64,000 nucleotides of DNA from Patescibacteria group bacterium (GTDB taxonomy: Bacteria; Patescibacteriota; Minisyncoccia; Phycocordibacterales; UBA9973). A program made the position numbers and the translations under genes. This document shows, piece after piece, positions 20,328-32,100 of the stretch. The DNA is taken from NCBI GenBank assembly GCA_038063515.1, contig JBBTUY010000004.1:35717-99716 (forward strand), given 5' to 3'. The notes below the pieces were generated by a model. The model was not told the DNA's origin. It did no database searches and worked only from the letters and a program-made list of their open reading frames with translations. Numbering within the stretch: position 1 is the first letter of the stretch; each line of letters starts with the position of its first letter.

Positions 20328-21278
20328 CTATTTATTCGTATTGTTTGAAATAATCTCCACCGCTTTTTTAATGATTGGTAATATATCGTTATATATTCGG
20401 AGTTCGGCAAGAGCAGATAATGAGAACCACCGTGCATTATCAAGTCCAGTAGAATCCTCAAGTACAAGTTCTTTGTATTCACTCTCTGCTAGGAAATACA
20501 CTACCCTTTTTAAACTTCTCCCATTAACTGGGTGATTTGCCACATACTCGTTTTGACCTAATTTTTCTTTTATAACTACGTCGAGTCCTATCTCTTCTTT
20601 AATCTCTCTGATGGTAGCCTGTTCTTCATTTTCACCCTCTTCAATGCCACCCTTTGAAAGGGTCCAATAACCAAAAACATCATGAACAAGAGCAAAGAAA
20701 ATTTCACTACCCTGTGCACCCTGCCTTACAGCATAGACCAGTGCCCCACCCTTTCTCTCCACAGGTAAAGTAGAGATGTCTACAGGCTCACCAAAATTTT
20801 TATCTTTTGTTTTGGTCTTCTGCTCTTTATCAGGCTCACCGAGCTCTTTGTATACTGCACCGAGTACTCCATTTACAAATTTACTAGAATTCTCCCCGCC
20901 GAAGCTTTTTGCTAATTCTATAGATTCATTTATAGCTACCTTAGGAGGTACTTGTACCCTGTTGCCAAAAAGTAGCTCACACAAGCCTATGCGTAATATA
21001 TTTCTATCTACAATAGAAATCTTATCTATAGGCCAGTCAGGTGCAGCTTTTTCTATGACTTCGTCTATGACAGTACGATTCTTTAATATTTGATCAATGA
21101 GAGAATGCACAAAAGCATCATCTGTGGCTTCAGGCATGAACTCTTTTAAATTTCTTTTTAGAATCTCACTTATGACTTCACTTTCTTTGTGTTCTCCACT
21201 CTTTTTTTCAACAGGCATGAAATCCCATTCAAAGAGGGTTTGGAGCACTATTGATCTTGAGAGGTGCCTGTTTGCCAT
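20328..21278 (-). CDS. nusB: Fusion protein: NusB antitermination-factor domain (N) plus NUDIX hydrolase domain (C)
   Basis: N-half has a NusB-like helical domain (MANRHLSRSIVLQTLFEWDF...LAKSFGGENSSKFVNGVLGAV). C-half has a perfect Nudix box GGIEEGENEEQATIREIKEEIGL (Gx5Ex7REUxEExGU). Confidence 0.7.
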   Translation of the reverse strand: MANRHLSRSIVLQTLFEWDFMPVEKKSGEHKESEVISEILKRNLKEFMPEATDDAFVHSLIDQILKNRTVIDEVIEKAAPDWPIDKISIVDRNILRIGLCELLFGNRVQVPPKVAINESIELAKSFGGENSSKFVNGVLGAVYKELGEPDKEQKTKTKDKNFGEPVDISTLPVERKGGALVYAVRQGAQGSEIFFALVHDVFGYWTLSKGGIEEGENEEQATIREIKEEIGLDVVIKEKLGQNEYVANHPVNGRSLKRVVYFLAESEYKELVLEDSTGLDNARWFSLSALAELRIYNDILPIIKKAVEIISNNTNK

Positions 21279-21349
21279 AAATTAATGAGCTATAGAAAAC
21301 AAGTTAACTAATTAACACCCAAAATAATCAAAATAATATTGGGTAGTAA

Positions 21350-21583
21350 TTACTTAGCTTCAGATGGAGCAGCTTTAGCCTTAGCTTTTTTCTGCTTTTT
21401 CTCTGTCTTTTTTACTAAATCAAATACCTTTTTACCTCTATAAAAACCGCAAGTAGAACAGACTGTGTGACGTCTCTTCATAGCCGCGCAATTAGTACAC
21501 TTAGCAAAGCTAGTGCTCTCTAAAGCGTGGTGAGAACGCCTGTTCTTTGTATGCGATTTTGTATGTCTCATTCGTACTACCAT
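21350..21583 (-). CDS. rpmF: 50S ribosomal protein L32 with a Lys/Ala-rich C-terminal extension
   Basis: MVVRMRHTKSHTKNRRSHHAL N-terminus plus a CxxC...CxxC zinc ribbon. Confidence 0.85.
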   Translation of the reverse strand: MVVRMRHTKSHTKNRRSHHALESTSFAKCTNCAAMKRRHTVCSTCGFYRGKKVFDLVKKTEKKQKKAKAKAAPSEAK

Positions 21584-21684
21584 AATATATACACTCTAGC
21601 ATATTATGGCTTAAATGCAAAATTATACGACCAGGAACCAACCGAGGACGTGAAAAAATCCAAGAATGTGCTATTATCTAAAAC

Positions 21685-22932
21685 ATGAACATAGATGAAC
21701 AAAAAGAGAATAGCAGTGATCACAAAAGACTCGGAAAAGAGCTTGGTATATTTACATTTAGTGATACAGTCGGAAAAGGATTGCCATTATGGCTACCAAA
21801 AGGTGCGACAATACGTCGTGAACTTGAACGCTTTATAGTTGACGAAGAGATAAGAAGAGGATACCTTCACGTACGAACACCTGATATCGCAAAACTTGAT
21901 TTATACAAAAAATCAGGTCACTACCCTCACTACAAAGACTCAATGTATGCACCAATACAAATAGATGATGAAGAATTTATGCTTCGTCCGATGACATGCC
22001 CTCATCACTTCGAACTTTATCTTTCTAGTCCTCATAGTTACCGTGAGCTACCTATGCGCATAGCAGAGCTTGCTCAACTTTATCGATATGAGCAATCAGG
22101 TGAACTCATGGGACTACAAAGAGTTCGAAGCTTCTGTCTCGCTGACGCACATATAATATGTAAAGACGAAGAACAAGCAGTGGATGAGATAAGTCGTGCA
22201 CTTGATCTTATTGAATACGTAACTTCAGTATTTAATTTAAAGCTTGATGTCGACTATAGATACCGATTATCTCTAGGTGATAGAAATAATACAGAAAAAT
22301 ACTACAAAAACGACAATGCCTGGGAAAAAGGCGAAGACTTGCTTCGCAAATTAATGCAGAAAAGAGGTTCAAAATTTGAAGAAGCTAAAGATGAAGCTGC
22401 TTTTTATGGACCAAAGATAGATATACAAATGAAAAACGTAAACGGCAAAGAGGATACTGCGTTTACTGTTCAGTATGATTTCTGCATGCCAAGTAGATTT
22501 AATTTAACATATGTTGGAGAAGATGGTCAAAATCATACTGCATTCGTAGTACACAGATCCTCTATCGGAGCCATAGAGCGAATAATGGCATTCCTCATAG
22601 AGAAATACAGTGGTGCCTTCCCTCTCTGGCTTTCTCCTGTGCAAGTAAAAATAATTCCCGTCCGAACAAATCACACTGACTATGCACAGAAAATATCTGA
22701 AATGCTCAAAGAGCATAATATTCGTGTGGAATTAGATGACAAAGATGAAAACTTAGGTACGAAAGTTCGCGATGCTAAAAATAACAAGATGCCTTACTGG
22801 ATCGTCATCGGTGATAAAGAAATAGAGGCGGATAAAGTAACTCTCGAATCTCGTGACTCTGGAAACTTAGGACAAATGTCAAAAGAAGGCCTCATAGCAA
22901 AATTATTAGAAGAAATTAAAAATAAGAAATAA
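21685..22932 (+). CDS. thrS: Threonyl-tRNA synthetase, catalytic core plus anticodon-binding domain only. No N-terminal TGS or editing domains.
   Basis: Begins at the DHKRLGKELGIF motif that opens the ThrRS class II core. Motifs 2/3 are present and the C-terminal anticodon-binding domain is present. Only 415 aa. Confidence 0.8.
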   Translation: MNIDEQKENSSDHKRLGKELGIFTFSDTVGKGLPLWLPKGATIRRELERFIVDEEIRRGYLHVRTPDIAKLDLYKKSGHYPHYKDSMYAPIQIDDEEFMLRPMTCPHHFELYLSSPHSYRELPMRIAELAQLYRYEQSGELMGLQRVRSFCLADAHIICKDEEQAVDEISRALDLIEYVTSVFNLKLDVDYRYRLSLGDRNNTEKYYKNDNAWEKGEDLLRKLMQKRGSKFEEAKDEAAFYGPKIDIQMKNVNGKEDTAFTVQYDFCMPSRFNLTYVGEDGQNHTAFVVHRSSIGAIERIMAFLIEKYSGAFPLWLSPVQVKIIPVRTNHTDYAQKISEMLKEHNIRVELDDKDENLGTKVRDAKNNKMPYWIVIGDKEIEADKVTLESRDSGNLGQMSKEGLIAKLLEEIKNKK

Positions 22933-22936
22933 TTAT

Positions 22937-25239
<2,303 letters not shown>

Positions 25240-25254
25240 TTATTATATCAGAAT

Positions 25255-27093
25255 TTACCTTATTTGCCAATCAGCTTTTTCCTTGATTTTATTAGTTATT
25301 TTATCAAAAAAAGTACCGACTTCGAGGTCTGTAAGTGTGCGCTCGTAAGACTGGAAAATTAACCGAAAAGCATACGATATTTTTCCATCCTTTTTAAATT
25401 CATCAAAAAGATATGGCCCATGAACCACGAGCTCTCCCATATTCTCTCGTATAATTTTCTCTACGTCTCCTGCCACTACGCTCTCTGGCACCCACAATGC
25501 TATGTCGCGTGAAATAAATGGATACAAAGACCACATTTTAAATTTTTCTAAATTAGCAGTCACAGCAGGAGTGTTTTCTGAATGGTCTGGGGATTTTTTC
25601 CGAGGACCTGAGGAAAACACTCCTGCTGTGACTGCTTGATATAATTCATCTAACGTTTTCTCTATAATCCCGTCTTTCTCATTATATGCGACATGAGTCT
25701 CTTCACTGCCCTTTTTAAAGACACTTCCAATTTCAAATATTTTAACTTCTTTCATTTCTAGCAATGCAGAATTTATTTTATTTAATTTCAAACTCTCTTT
25801 GAGGCCGTCAGCAAGGTTCGTGCGAAGGAATTTCTTATCAGATGCACTTTGCATGACTTCTATTTCTCCCTTATCACAAAATGCATAACTCATGACTTCA
25901 GAATACCCCTTACTTCGAAGCTCATTTCTCACAGCAGACATTTTTATATATGTTTCATTTACCTTTGGTGTAAAGTTAATTTTTGGAATGATAGGCTTCA
26001 CCTTATCGTAGCCCAAGATTCGTCCGATCTCTTCTGCCATGTCTTCCTCACAAGTAAGGTCGAGGCGCATGGGTGGAACAATGATCTCAAAGACATCACC
26101 TTCATTTTTATATCCAATTTTATATCTTTCTAGAATATTACCTATCTCTACAACAGAAACTTCCAGTCCTAAAATTTTAGAAATCCTATCTGCAGAGAAT
26201 TTTAATTTCTTTTCTTTTTGTTTGACTGTATACACATCAACTATATCTTCAAAAGTAGCGTCAGGGAACATTTCAAATATAAGTGTAGAGAGTTCACGCA
26301 TAGCATAAGGTGCAAGCTCGGGAGACAAATCATTTTCAAATCTTTTGCGTGCGTCTGTAAAAATATTTAATGCTTGCGCAGTTTTTCTTATACTTATTGG
26401 ATCGAAATTTCCCACCTCGAGAATTATATTTGTAGTATTGTCACTTACTCCAGAATCTGCACCCCCTTTGATCCCAGCTAGAGCGAGAGGTTTTTTTTCA
26501 TCACATACAAGCATGACTCCTTCTTTGTCTTTCACTACTACACCTTTTGGGTTCTTTGTGGAAGGTAATAAATTTAATACATCATCTTTGAGACTTGGGC
26601 GAACGATGATGCCTCCTTCTAATTTATCTAAATCAAAACAATGCGTTGGTTGCCCTGTGTTATACATCACAATATTTGTAGCATCCACGAGATTGTTTAT
26701 ACTTCTCTCGCCTATGGACTCCAAGTGATTCACTACCCAGTCCGGACTTGGGCCTACTTTTACGTTACGAACCACTCTACCCATAAATCTCCTACACTTA
26801 TCTGTCTTTATATCTATCTTTAGATTAGTAGCTACAGATGAAGGAGTTTTATATTTTGGCGTTGGGTCGGTATATGAAATATTTAAAAGAGAAGCGAGCT
26901 CTTGTGCCACTCCCTTATGAGAAAGTAAATCATGTGACCTATTGGGTAGTATGTTTATATCAAAAATTGTGTCACCTTCTTTTTTCTCTACGCTCTCTAC
27001 CTCACAAATATGGTAAGTAAAAATGTCTGCGAGCTTATCTCTATCTGGTGCTTCTGGTATGTACCACTTAAGCCAATTGTAAGAAATTTTCAT
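25255..27093 (-). CDS. pheT: Phenylalanyl-tRNA synthetase beta subunit (short form, about 612 aa)
   Basis: Start placed at MKISYNWLKWYIP (canonical PheT N-terminus). B3/4 and B5 domains present. Follows pheS. Confidence 0.8.
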   Translation of the reverse strand: MKISYNWLKWYIPEAPDRDKLADIFTYHICEVESVEKKEGDTIFDINILPNRSHDLLSHKGVAQELASLLNISYTDPTPKYKTPSSVATNLKIDIKTDKCRRFMGRVVRNVKVGPSPDWVVNHLESIGERSINNLVDATNIVMYNTGQPTHCFDLDKLEGGIIVRPSLKDDVLNLLPSTKNPKGVVVKDKEGVMLVCDEKKPLALAGIKGGADSGVSDNTTNIILEVGNFDPISIRKTAQALNIFTDARKRFENDLSPELAPYAMRELSTLIFEMFPDATFEDIVDVYTVKQKEKKLKFSADRISKILGLEVSVVEIGNILERYKIGYKNEGDVFEIIVPPMRLDLTCEEDMAEEIGRILGYDKVKPIIPKINFTPKVNETYIKMSAVRNELRSKGYSEVMSYAFCDKGEIEVMQSASDKKFLRTNLADGLKESLKLNKINSALLEMKEVKIFEIGSVFKKGSEETHVAYNEKDGIIEKTLDELYQAVTAGVFSSGPRKKSPDHSENTPAVTANLEKFKMWSLYPFISRDIALWVPESVVAGDVEKIIRENMGELVVHGPYLFDEFKKDGKISYAFRLIFQSYERTLTDLEVGTFFDKITNKIKEKADWQIR

Positions 27094-27107
27094 TTTAAAA
27101 TTACAAA

Positions 27108-27824
27108 TTAAAACTGATTGAGGCGTAAGTCTCCTTGATAAAAAAGTCGCACATCTGGTATACCCCACTTGATCATGGCTATGCGGTCAAGACCTCCCCC
27201 AAAGGCAAAGCCTTGTACTTTATCTGGATTAAGTCCGCAATTTTTAATAACATTTGGATGGAGCATTCCCCCACCCATCATCTCAAGCCACCTGCCTTTA
27301 AACTTCGCATGCACTTCAAGTGACGGCTCGGTAAAAGGAAAGAAGCTCGGACGAAACTCTACTTCTGTCTCCTCTCCTAGCATCTTTTTATAAAATTCAG
27401 TGAGTACGCCTTTTAGATTTGCCAAGCTAACTCCGTCCTCGATACTACCTATCATGACACCATCTACTTGGTAAAATTGCATTTCATGCGTAGCATCAGT
27501 AGCTTCATTTCTATACACCTTACCAACTGATATAAATGCACATGGCAGCCTGCCGTCTTTTCCAGCCTGCTCTATGGCACGTGCTGTCACACTCGTACTA
27601 TGAGTACGGAGTACTTCGCCTTTAGAATCTTTAATCCAAAAAGTGTCTTGCATGTCCCGTGCTGGATGATCCTTGGCAACATTTAAAACATCGAAATTGT
27701 ACCACTCAGTCTCGAGCTCAGGACCAGTCGCTATTTCAAAACCCATCTCTGAAAAAGCCTTGTAGGCTTCTTCAGCTAAAAGTGTGAGTGGATGTATGGT
27801 ACCTTTTTTAATTTCTTTATTCAT
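27108..27824 (-). CDS. pheS: Phenylalanyl-tRNA synthetase alpha subunit (short form lacking the N-terminal coiled coil)
   Basis: FSEMGFEIATGPE...NFDVLNVAKDHPARDMQDTFW class II core motifs. 238 aa. Confidence 0.85.
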   Translation of the reverse strand: MNKEIKKGTIHPLTLLAEEAYKAFSEMGFEIATGPELETEWYNFDVLNVAKDHPARDMQDTFWIKDSKGEVLRTHSTSVTARAIEQAGKDGRLPCAFISVGKVYRNEATDATHEMQFYQVDGVMIGSIEDGVSLANLKGVLTEFYKKMLGEETEVEFRPSFFPFTEPSLEVHAKFKGRWLEMMGGGMLHPNVIKNCGLNPDKVQGFAFGGGLDRIAMIKWGIPDVRLFYQGDLRLNQF

Positions 27825-27826
27825 TA

Positions 27827-28120
27827 TTAAAATAAACCATCGTGGTGTTTCTTGCGAAGTTCGTATTCATTACTTTCACGATTATGAATAAGGGTAAAGT
27901 GAGTACTTCCGTCATAATGAAGAGGCTTAACAATCTTAAAGTGAGCTATTCCCTCTTTTTCTTCTCTGTTATGATGCCGTGCTTCATCAAAAAATGCCTT
28001 GGCATTAGATTCATTCTCTTCTAAATACTTAGCAGCTTGTTTTGCAGAATGACTATGTTCATCTATGTTTACCTTGTGACCATGTATGCTTAATGTAGTT
28101 GTTGGCATATATAAATGCAA
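27827..28120 (-). CDS. Hypothetical His-rich small protein, co-operonic with pheST
   Basis: 97 aa with no recognisable domain; many His (HGHKVNIDEHSHS, HHNREEKEGIAH, KHHDG). Abuts the pheS start. Confidence 0.35.
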   Translation of the reverse strand: MHLYMPTTTLSIHGHKVNIDEHSHSAKQAAKYLEENESNAKAFFDEARHHNREEKEGIAHFKIVKPLHYDGSTHFTLIHNRESNEYELRKKHHDGLF

Positions 28121-28137
28121 GTTAAATTACCAAAAGA

Positions 28138-29073
28138 TTATACCAAATTGTTCTCGACTGGACTAATTTTGCGACCATGACGAGACAAGACACATCCACC
28201 CGGACAAAAGGCTTTTCCCTCTCCCTCATCTACGCATTTAACACAAGCTATAAAATGCCTGTGGCATACAGGATTAGCACAATTCACATAATTCTCTGAT
28301 GTGTCTCCACATGTGTCGCACTTTCCTATTATTTTATGCTTCATATCATCCGTATAAAAACCCATAGTTACCCTACCATCAAATACATACAGTTTTCCAT
28401 GGAAGTCTTCGTTAGGATATTTCTCCATATAGCTCACGATGCCACCATCTAGCTGGTACACGTCAGTGAAATCTTGTGTGACAAGAAAACCAGATGCTTT
28501 CTCACAGCGAACACCACCAGTACACACAGTGAGAACAGTTTTATTTTTCAAATGAGATATCTGCTCTACTAGCTTTGGTAAGTCTCTGAAATTCTCCATA
28601 GGAGGAAGTATAGAATTTTCAAAATGCCCCACTTTGTGCTCATACGCATTACGCATATCTACAATATAAAATTCTCTGCCTGTTTTTATCCATTCATGCA
28701 ATTCTTCAGGTTTTAAATGCACACCCGTAATTTCATTTGGATCTATGTCACAAGTGCCTAAATGTAAAGACACTATCTCATTGCGTACTTTTATTGATAG
28801 TTTTGGAAATGCATACCCAGTACCTGTGCTTAGTTTAAAATGAATATTTTTAAATCTTTCATCTTTTTCTAATTCAAAAATATATTCTTGGATGTTTTCT
28901 TTTGTGCCTTCGTATGTAGCGTTTATACCCTCAGATGCGATGATGCACCTGCCTTTCAAGCCCAGCTTTTCACAAAGCTCTTTCTCTTTTTTCATCACAT
29001 TTTCTGTATCAGAAATATGTACATACTTATATAAAAGTAGTATTTCGTATTGTTCTTTGCCTTCTTCAGTCAT
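28138..29073 (-). CDS. trhO: Rhodanese-domain tRNA uridine(34) hydroxylase TrhO (YceA/UPF0176) with a C-terminal Cys-rich extension
   Basis: Rhodanese active-site loop VLTVCTGGVRCEKASGFL; EGINATYEG; C-terminal CDTCGD...CANPVCHRH...CVKC. Confidence 0.7.
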   Translation of the reverse strand: MTEEGKEQYEILLLYKYVHISDTENVMKKEKELCEKLGLKGRCIIASEGINATYEGTKENIQEYIFELEKDERFKNIHFKLSTGTGYAFPKLSIKVRNEIVSLHLGTCDIDPNEITGVHLKPEELHEWIKTGREFYIVDMRNAYEHKVGHFENSILPPMENFRDLPKLVEQISHLKNKTVLTVCTGGVRCEKASGFLVTQDFTDVYQLDGGIVSYMEKYPNEDFHGKLYVFDGRVTMGFYTDDMKHKIIGKCDTCGDTSENYVNCANPVCHRHFIACVKCVDEGEGKAFCPGGCVLSRHGRKISPVENNLV

Positions 29074-29127
29074 AAGGCTATATTAGCTATAAAAAGACAA
29101 AAATACAAGATTCTATGGCGAAAAAAA

Positions 29128-32058
29128 TTACTTATAAATTTCAGCCATCTTACAATACGGGCAAGTACCACCTTTCCCAAATGAATTATAATCACAGGGA
29201 CGAGAAGTCCACTCTCCTGTTTTTATAGCATCATCATATTCTTTTATATCCTTAATGAGTAAATTTATTTCTTCATCAGTTATTTTTGTATTATAGATAC
29301 CCTCTTTATTACTTTGTGCTTCTAAAAATTCTAGTCTAGATTCACTTACCTTTAGTTTCCATTTAGAGTTTTTCTCTATAAGAAAAGAATACATTGCGAG
29401 CTGCCGCATGTAGTTACTCATTCTACCATCCTCATCTCTCTTTTCTATTTCTCCCTTTTTCCTCACTCCACCTGTTTTAAAATCAGTCACACGAACAGTA
29501 TTCGGATCTAAATATTCTATAAGATCTAACTTTCCATACATATTTAAATGTGGGAATTCTTCGCTATTAAGCGAAACACTTTTTTCAGCCTCCCTTTTCT
29601 CTGATATCTCTTCTAGTCTGCCTTCAACCCAAGTAGAAATAATATATAATATTTCTTTATTGCCTAAGCTTATTTCTTCTAACTCTTTTTTAGATGGGGA
29701 ATTTTTTAAACTTAAAATTTTATCGATAGCTGTATGCACAGCACTTCCAAACTCAAGACTAGCACTCTTTTCTTCAGGTAATTGAAGCAAGTTTCTAAAA
29801 TACCATTTCCAGGGGCATTCAAAAAAGTTATTAAGGAGAGATACGGAAATTTTCCTATCTTCATAGTCTCGTGCAACCAACTTCTGCAAAAGAGCTAGCG
29901 TCGTATGTGTATCTTCCACCTCTTTTTTCTCTGTATATATCTTAGGGTCGTTTTTTAAAATTATTCTCTCTGTCTCATCTTTATTTTGTTTTTCTAAATG
30001 CTCACCTATGTTACTGACAATGTGTGCTAATTCCAAATCACCTCCGCTATATGAATGAAGTGCATATGATAATGTACAAAATCTTTTAGCTCTTGTGATA
30101 GCTACGTATAATTGACGTTTCAAAACTTCCTCATCTTGTTTTTCTATTACCTCTTCGAGAACTTCTGGTAAAGTAAATCCTCCATGCCTACCAGAAGATA
30201 AAGATTTCTGGTCCATGTGTGCGATCCACACATAGTCAAACTCTAGCCCTTTTGATCCATGGAGTGTGAGCACCTTCACTCCCGTATCAGAAGAAAAAAC
30301 AGCAAGAGGGATATGCTCTCCATAAGACTCCAGTCTATCTAAAAAAAACAAGAAGTCCTTAAGTGTAGTTTTTGAATTTTTCTCTAGTTGTGAAAGTGCT
30401 AAGTGTAAAAATGTACGCACCACTTCAACACGCAAGACTAGCTCTTCATGGTTTTTTGCACCCTGAAGCAGGAATTCTGACCCTATATTTTGTATTAAAG
30501 AATACAAATCTAAATCCACAGATCTGTTAATAAAGGATTTTAATTTCTCTATCCACAAACTGACAGAATCCTCATTTTTAAAAAGGCTATTGTCAGGATC
30601 AGGAATATCTAAAATAGAAAACTCTCGCATATTGTGCTCTTTTATAAACTTATGTGCAAGGAGAGGATTAATTTCTGAAAACTTATTAAAAAGAGACGCA
30701 GATATTGCTACCCCACTCTCTGGATATACTATTATCTTTAAGATCTCTAAAAGGCTTCTGGTTTCTTCTCTGTCAAAAAAGTTTAACTTATCACCGCTTG
30801 CGACCGGTATCCCCATATCACGCAATATTGCCATCGCACTACGAACATGTTTGTTTTTAGGCACGAGTATTGCTATATCCTCTGCATTCTCTTTATTTTT
30901 CAATCTCTCTTTGATCTCTAGTCCGCACATAATGATCTCATCTCTTTGATAGCTTGCCTCCACTAAACGCACAGGGTGATTTTCAGTAAGGTTACTTTTT
31001 AATTTACCATCTGTTAAAGAACTCTGAAGTAAGGTATGGGATAATTCTAAAATTTTCTCTGTTGAACGATAATTTTCCTCTAAAGTAATTAATTTTGTTT
31101 CACCAAATGTATGTTTAAAATTATCAAAATACGCAAGAGACGCGCCATTAAATCCATAGATGAGTTGTCTGTCATCTCCCACGACAAAAATATTTGGTCT
31201 CTCTTCTTCGCCCCATACTTTTTCTAGAAATTCATTCTGAATACCAGAAGAGTCTTGGTGTTCATCTACTAATATATACTGATACTTTTCCTTAAGGTCA
31301 TAAAGAGCCTCCTCAGAATTCTCTACTATTTTCACCAAATTTGCCAAAACATCATCGTAGTCAAATAAGTTTTTATCTTTTTTAGCTTCTTCATAAAGTT
31401 CGTAGAACTTTATGGCCTCCAGTGTACGATGTAGCCCTTCTATCTTTTTTTGGATATCCTTTTTTAATTCACCTTTTGTAGCTCCCCGTAAAGAAATGTT
31501 GTCAGGATCAGATTCTAATATCGAAATCTCTTTTGTAATCAGATTTTGAAATGACGAGCCTGTCATACGCTCTCGTTTTAAGAGAGAGATTAAATTTTTC
31601 AAATCATGAAAATATCTTGATGCATCTGACCTTGGGCGAATATAAGTCCATTCATTATCATTTAAAATAGAGTCGCAGAGTAATACAGCATCAGACTCAT
31701 CCATGACTTTAGGTATAATATCCATGTCTAAGACATTAAAATATTGCTCTATCATTTCCATGGCAAAACTATGAAAAGTAGAGACATGTACTTTAGAAAA
31801 TTCAGGCCCTATGTATTCACGCAAACGCAAACGCATAGCCTTAACACCAGAATTAGTAAATGTAAGGCATAAGATACTGCTAGCCCCGGCATCCGTTGTC
31901 TTTAGGATGTGTGCTATACGAAGTGCTAGTACCTGCGTCTTTCCTGTGCCTGGACCTGCAACAACCATGACAGGTCCATCGATAGTATCCACTGCCTGTT
32001 TTTGAGCTTTATTTAATTTCTTATATTCTTTTATAAAATTTTGTTCTATCTCTTTCAT
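29128..32058 (-). CDS. UvrD/PcrA-family SF1 helicase fused to a C-terminal PD-(D/E)XK, Cas4/AddB-like nuclease domain with a Cys cluster
   Basis: Walker A VVAGPGTGKTQV; helicase motifs II (ILVDEHQD) to VI. C-terminus has GKLDLIEY, VTDFKTGG, QLAMY plus FECPW...CDYNSFGKGGTCPYC. Confidence 0.7.
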   Translation of the reverse strand: MKEIEQNFIKEYKKLNKAQKQAVDTIDGPVMVVAGPGTGKTQVLALRIAHILKTTDAGASSILCLTFTNSGVKAMRLRLREYIGPEFSKVHVSTFHSFAMEMIEQYFNVLDMDIIPKVMDESDAVLLCDSILNDNEWTYIRPRSDASRYFHDLKNLISLLKRERMTGSSFQNLITKEISILESDPDNISLRGATKGELKKDIQKKIEGLHRTLEAIKFYELYEEAKKDKNLFDYDDVLANLVKIVENSEEALYDLKEKYQYILVDEHQDSSGIQNEFLEKVWGEEERPNIFVVGDDRQLIYGFNGASLAYFDNFKHTFGETKLITLEENYRSTEKILELSHTLLQSSLTDGKLKSNLTENHPVRLVEASYQRDEIIMCGLEIKERLKNKENAEDIAILVPKNKHVRSAMAILRDMGIPVASGDKLNFFDREETRSLLEILKIIVYPESGVAISASLFNKFSEINPLLAHKFIKEHNMREFSILDIPDPDNSLFKNEDSVSLWIEKLKSFINRSVDLDLYSLIQNIGSEFLLQGAKNHEELVLRVEVVRTFLHLALSQLEKNSKTTLKDFLFFLDRLESYGEHIPLAVFSSDTGVKVLTLHGSKGLEFDYVWIAHMDQKSLSSGRHGGFTLPEVLEEVIEKQDEEVLKRQLYVAITRAKRFCTLSYALHSYSGGDLELAHIVSNIGEHLEKQNKDETERIILKNDPKIYTEKKEVEDTHTTLALLQKLVARDYEDRKISVSLLNNFFECPWKWYFRNLLQLPEEKSASLEFGSAVHTAIDKILSLKNSPSKKELEEISLGNKEILYIISTWVEGRLEEISEKREAEKSVSLNSEEFPHLNMYGKLDLIEYLDPNTVRVTDFKTGGVRKKGEIEKRDEDGRMSNYMRQLAMYSFLIEKNSKWKLKVSESRLEFLEAQSNKEGIYNTKITDEEINLLIKDIKEYDDAIKTGEWTSRPCDYNSFGKGGTCPYCKMAEIYK

Positions 32059-32100
32059 ACTAAAAGCTTAACATACGGGAACTTTGCAAATCTACTTTAT

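Noticed and set aside
20312-20482. 57-aa N-terminal extension of the rnc track ORF.
   Set aside because: It would overlap the 3' end of the NusB-NUDIX gene by 155 nt and carries no RNase III similarity. The internal Met (MINFENF) gives a canonical 231-aa RNase III with a 16-nt intergenic gap.
27094-27168. 25-aa N-terminal extension of pheT overlapping pheS.
   Set aside because: The canonical PheT N-terminus MKISYNW begins at the internal Met. The extension overlaps the pheS 3' end.
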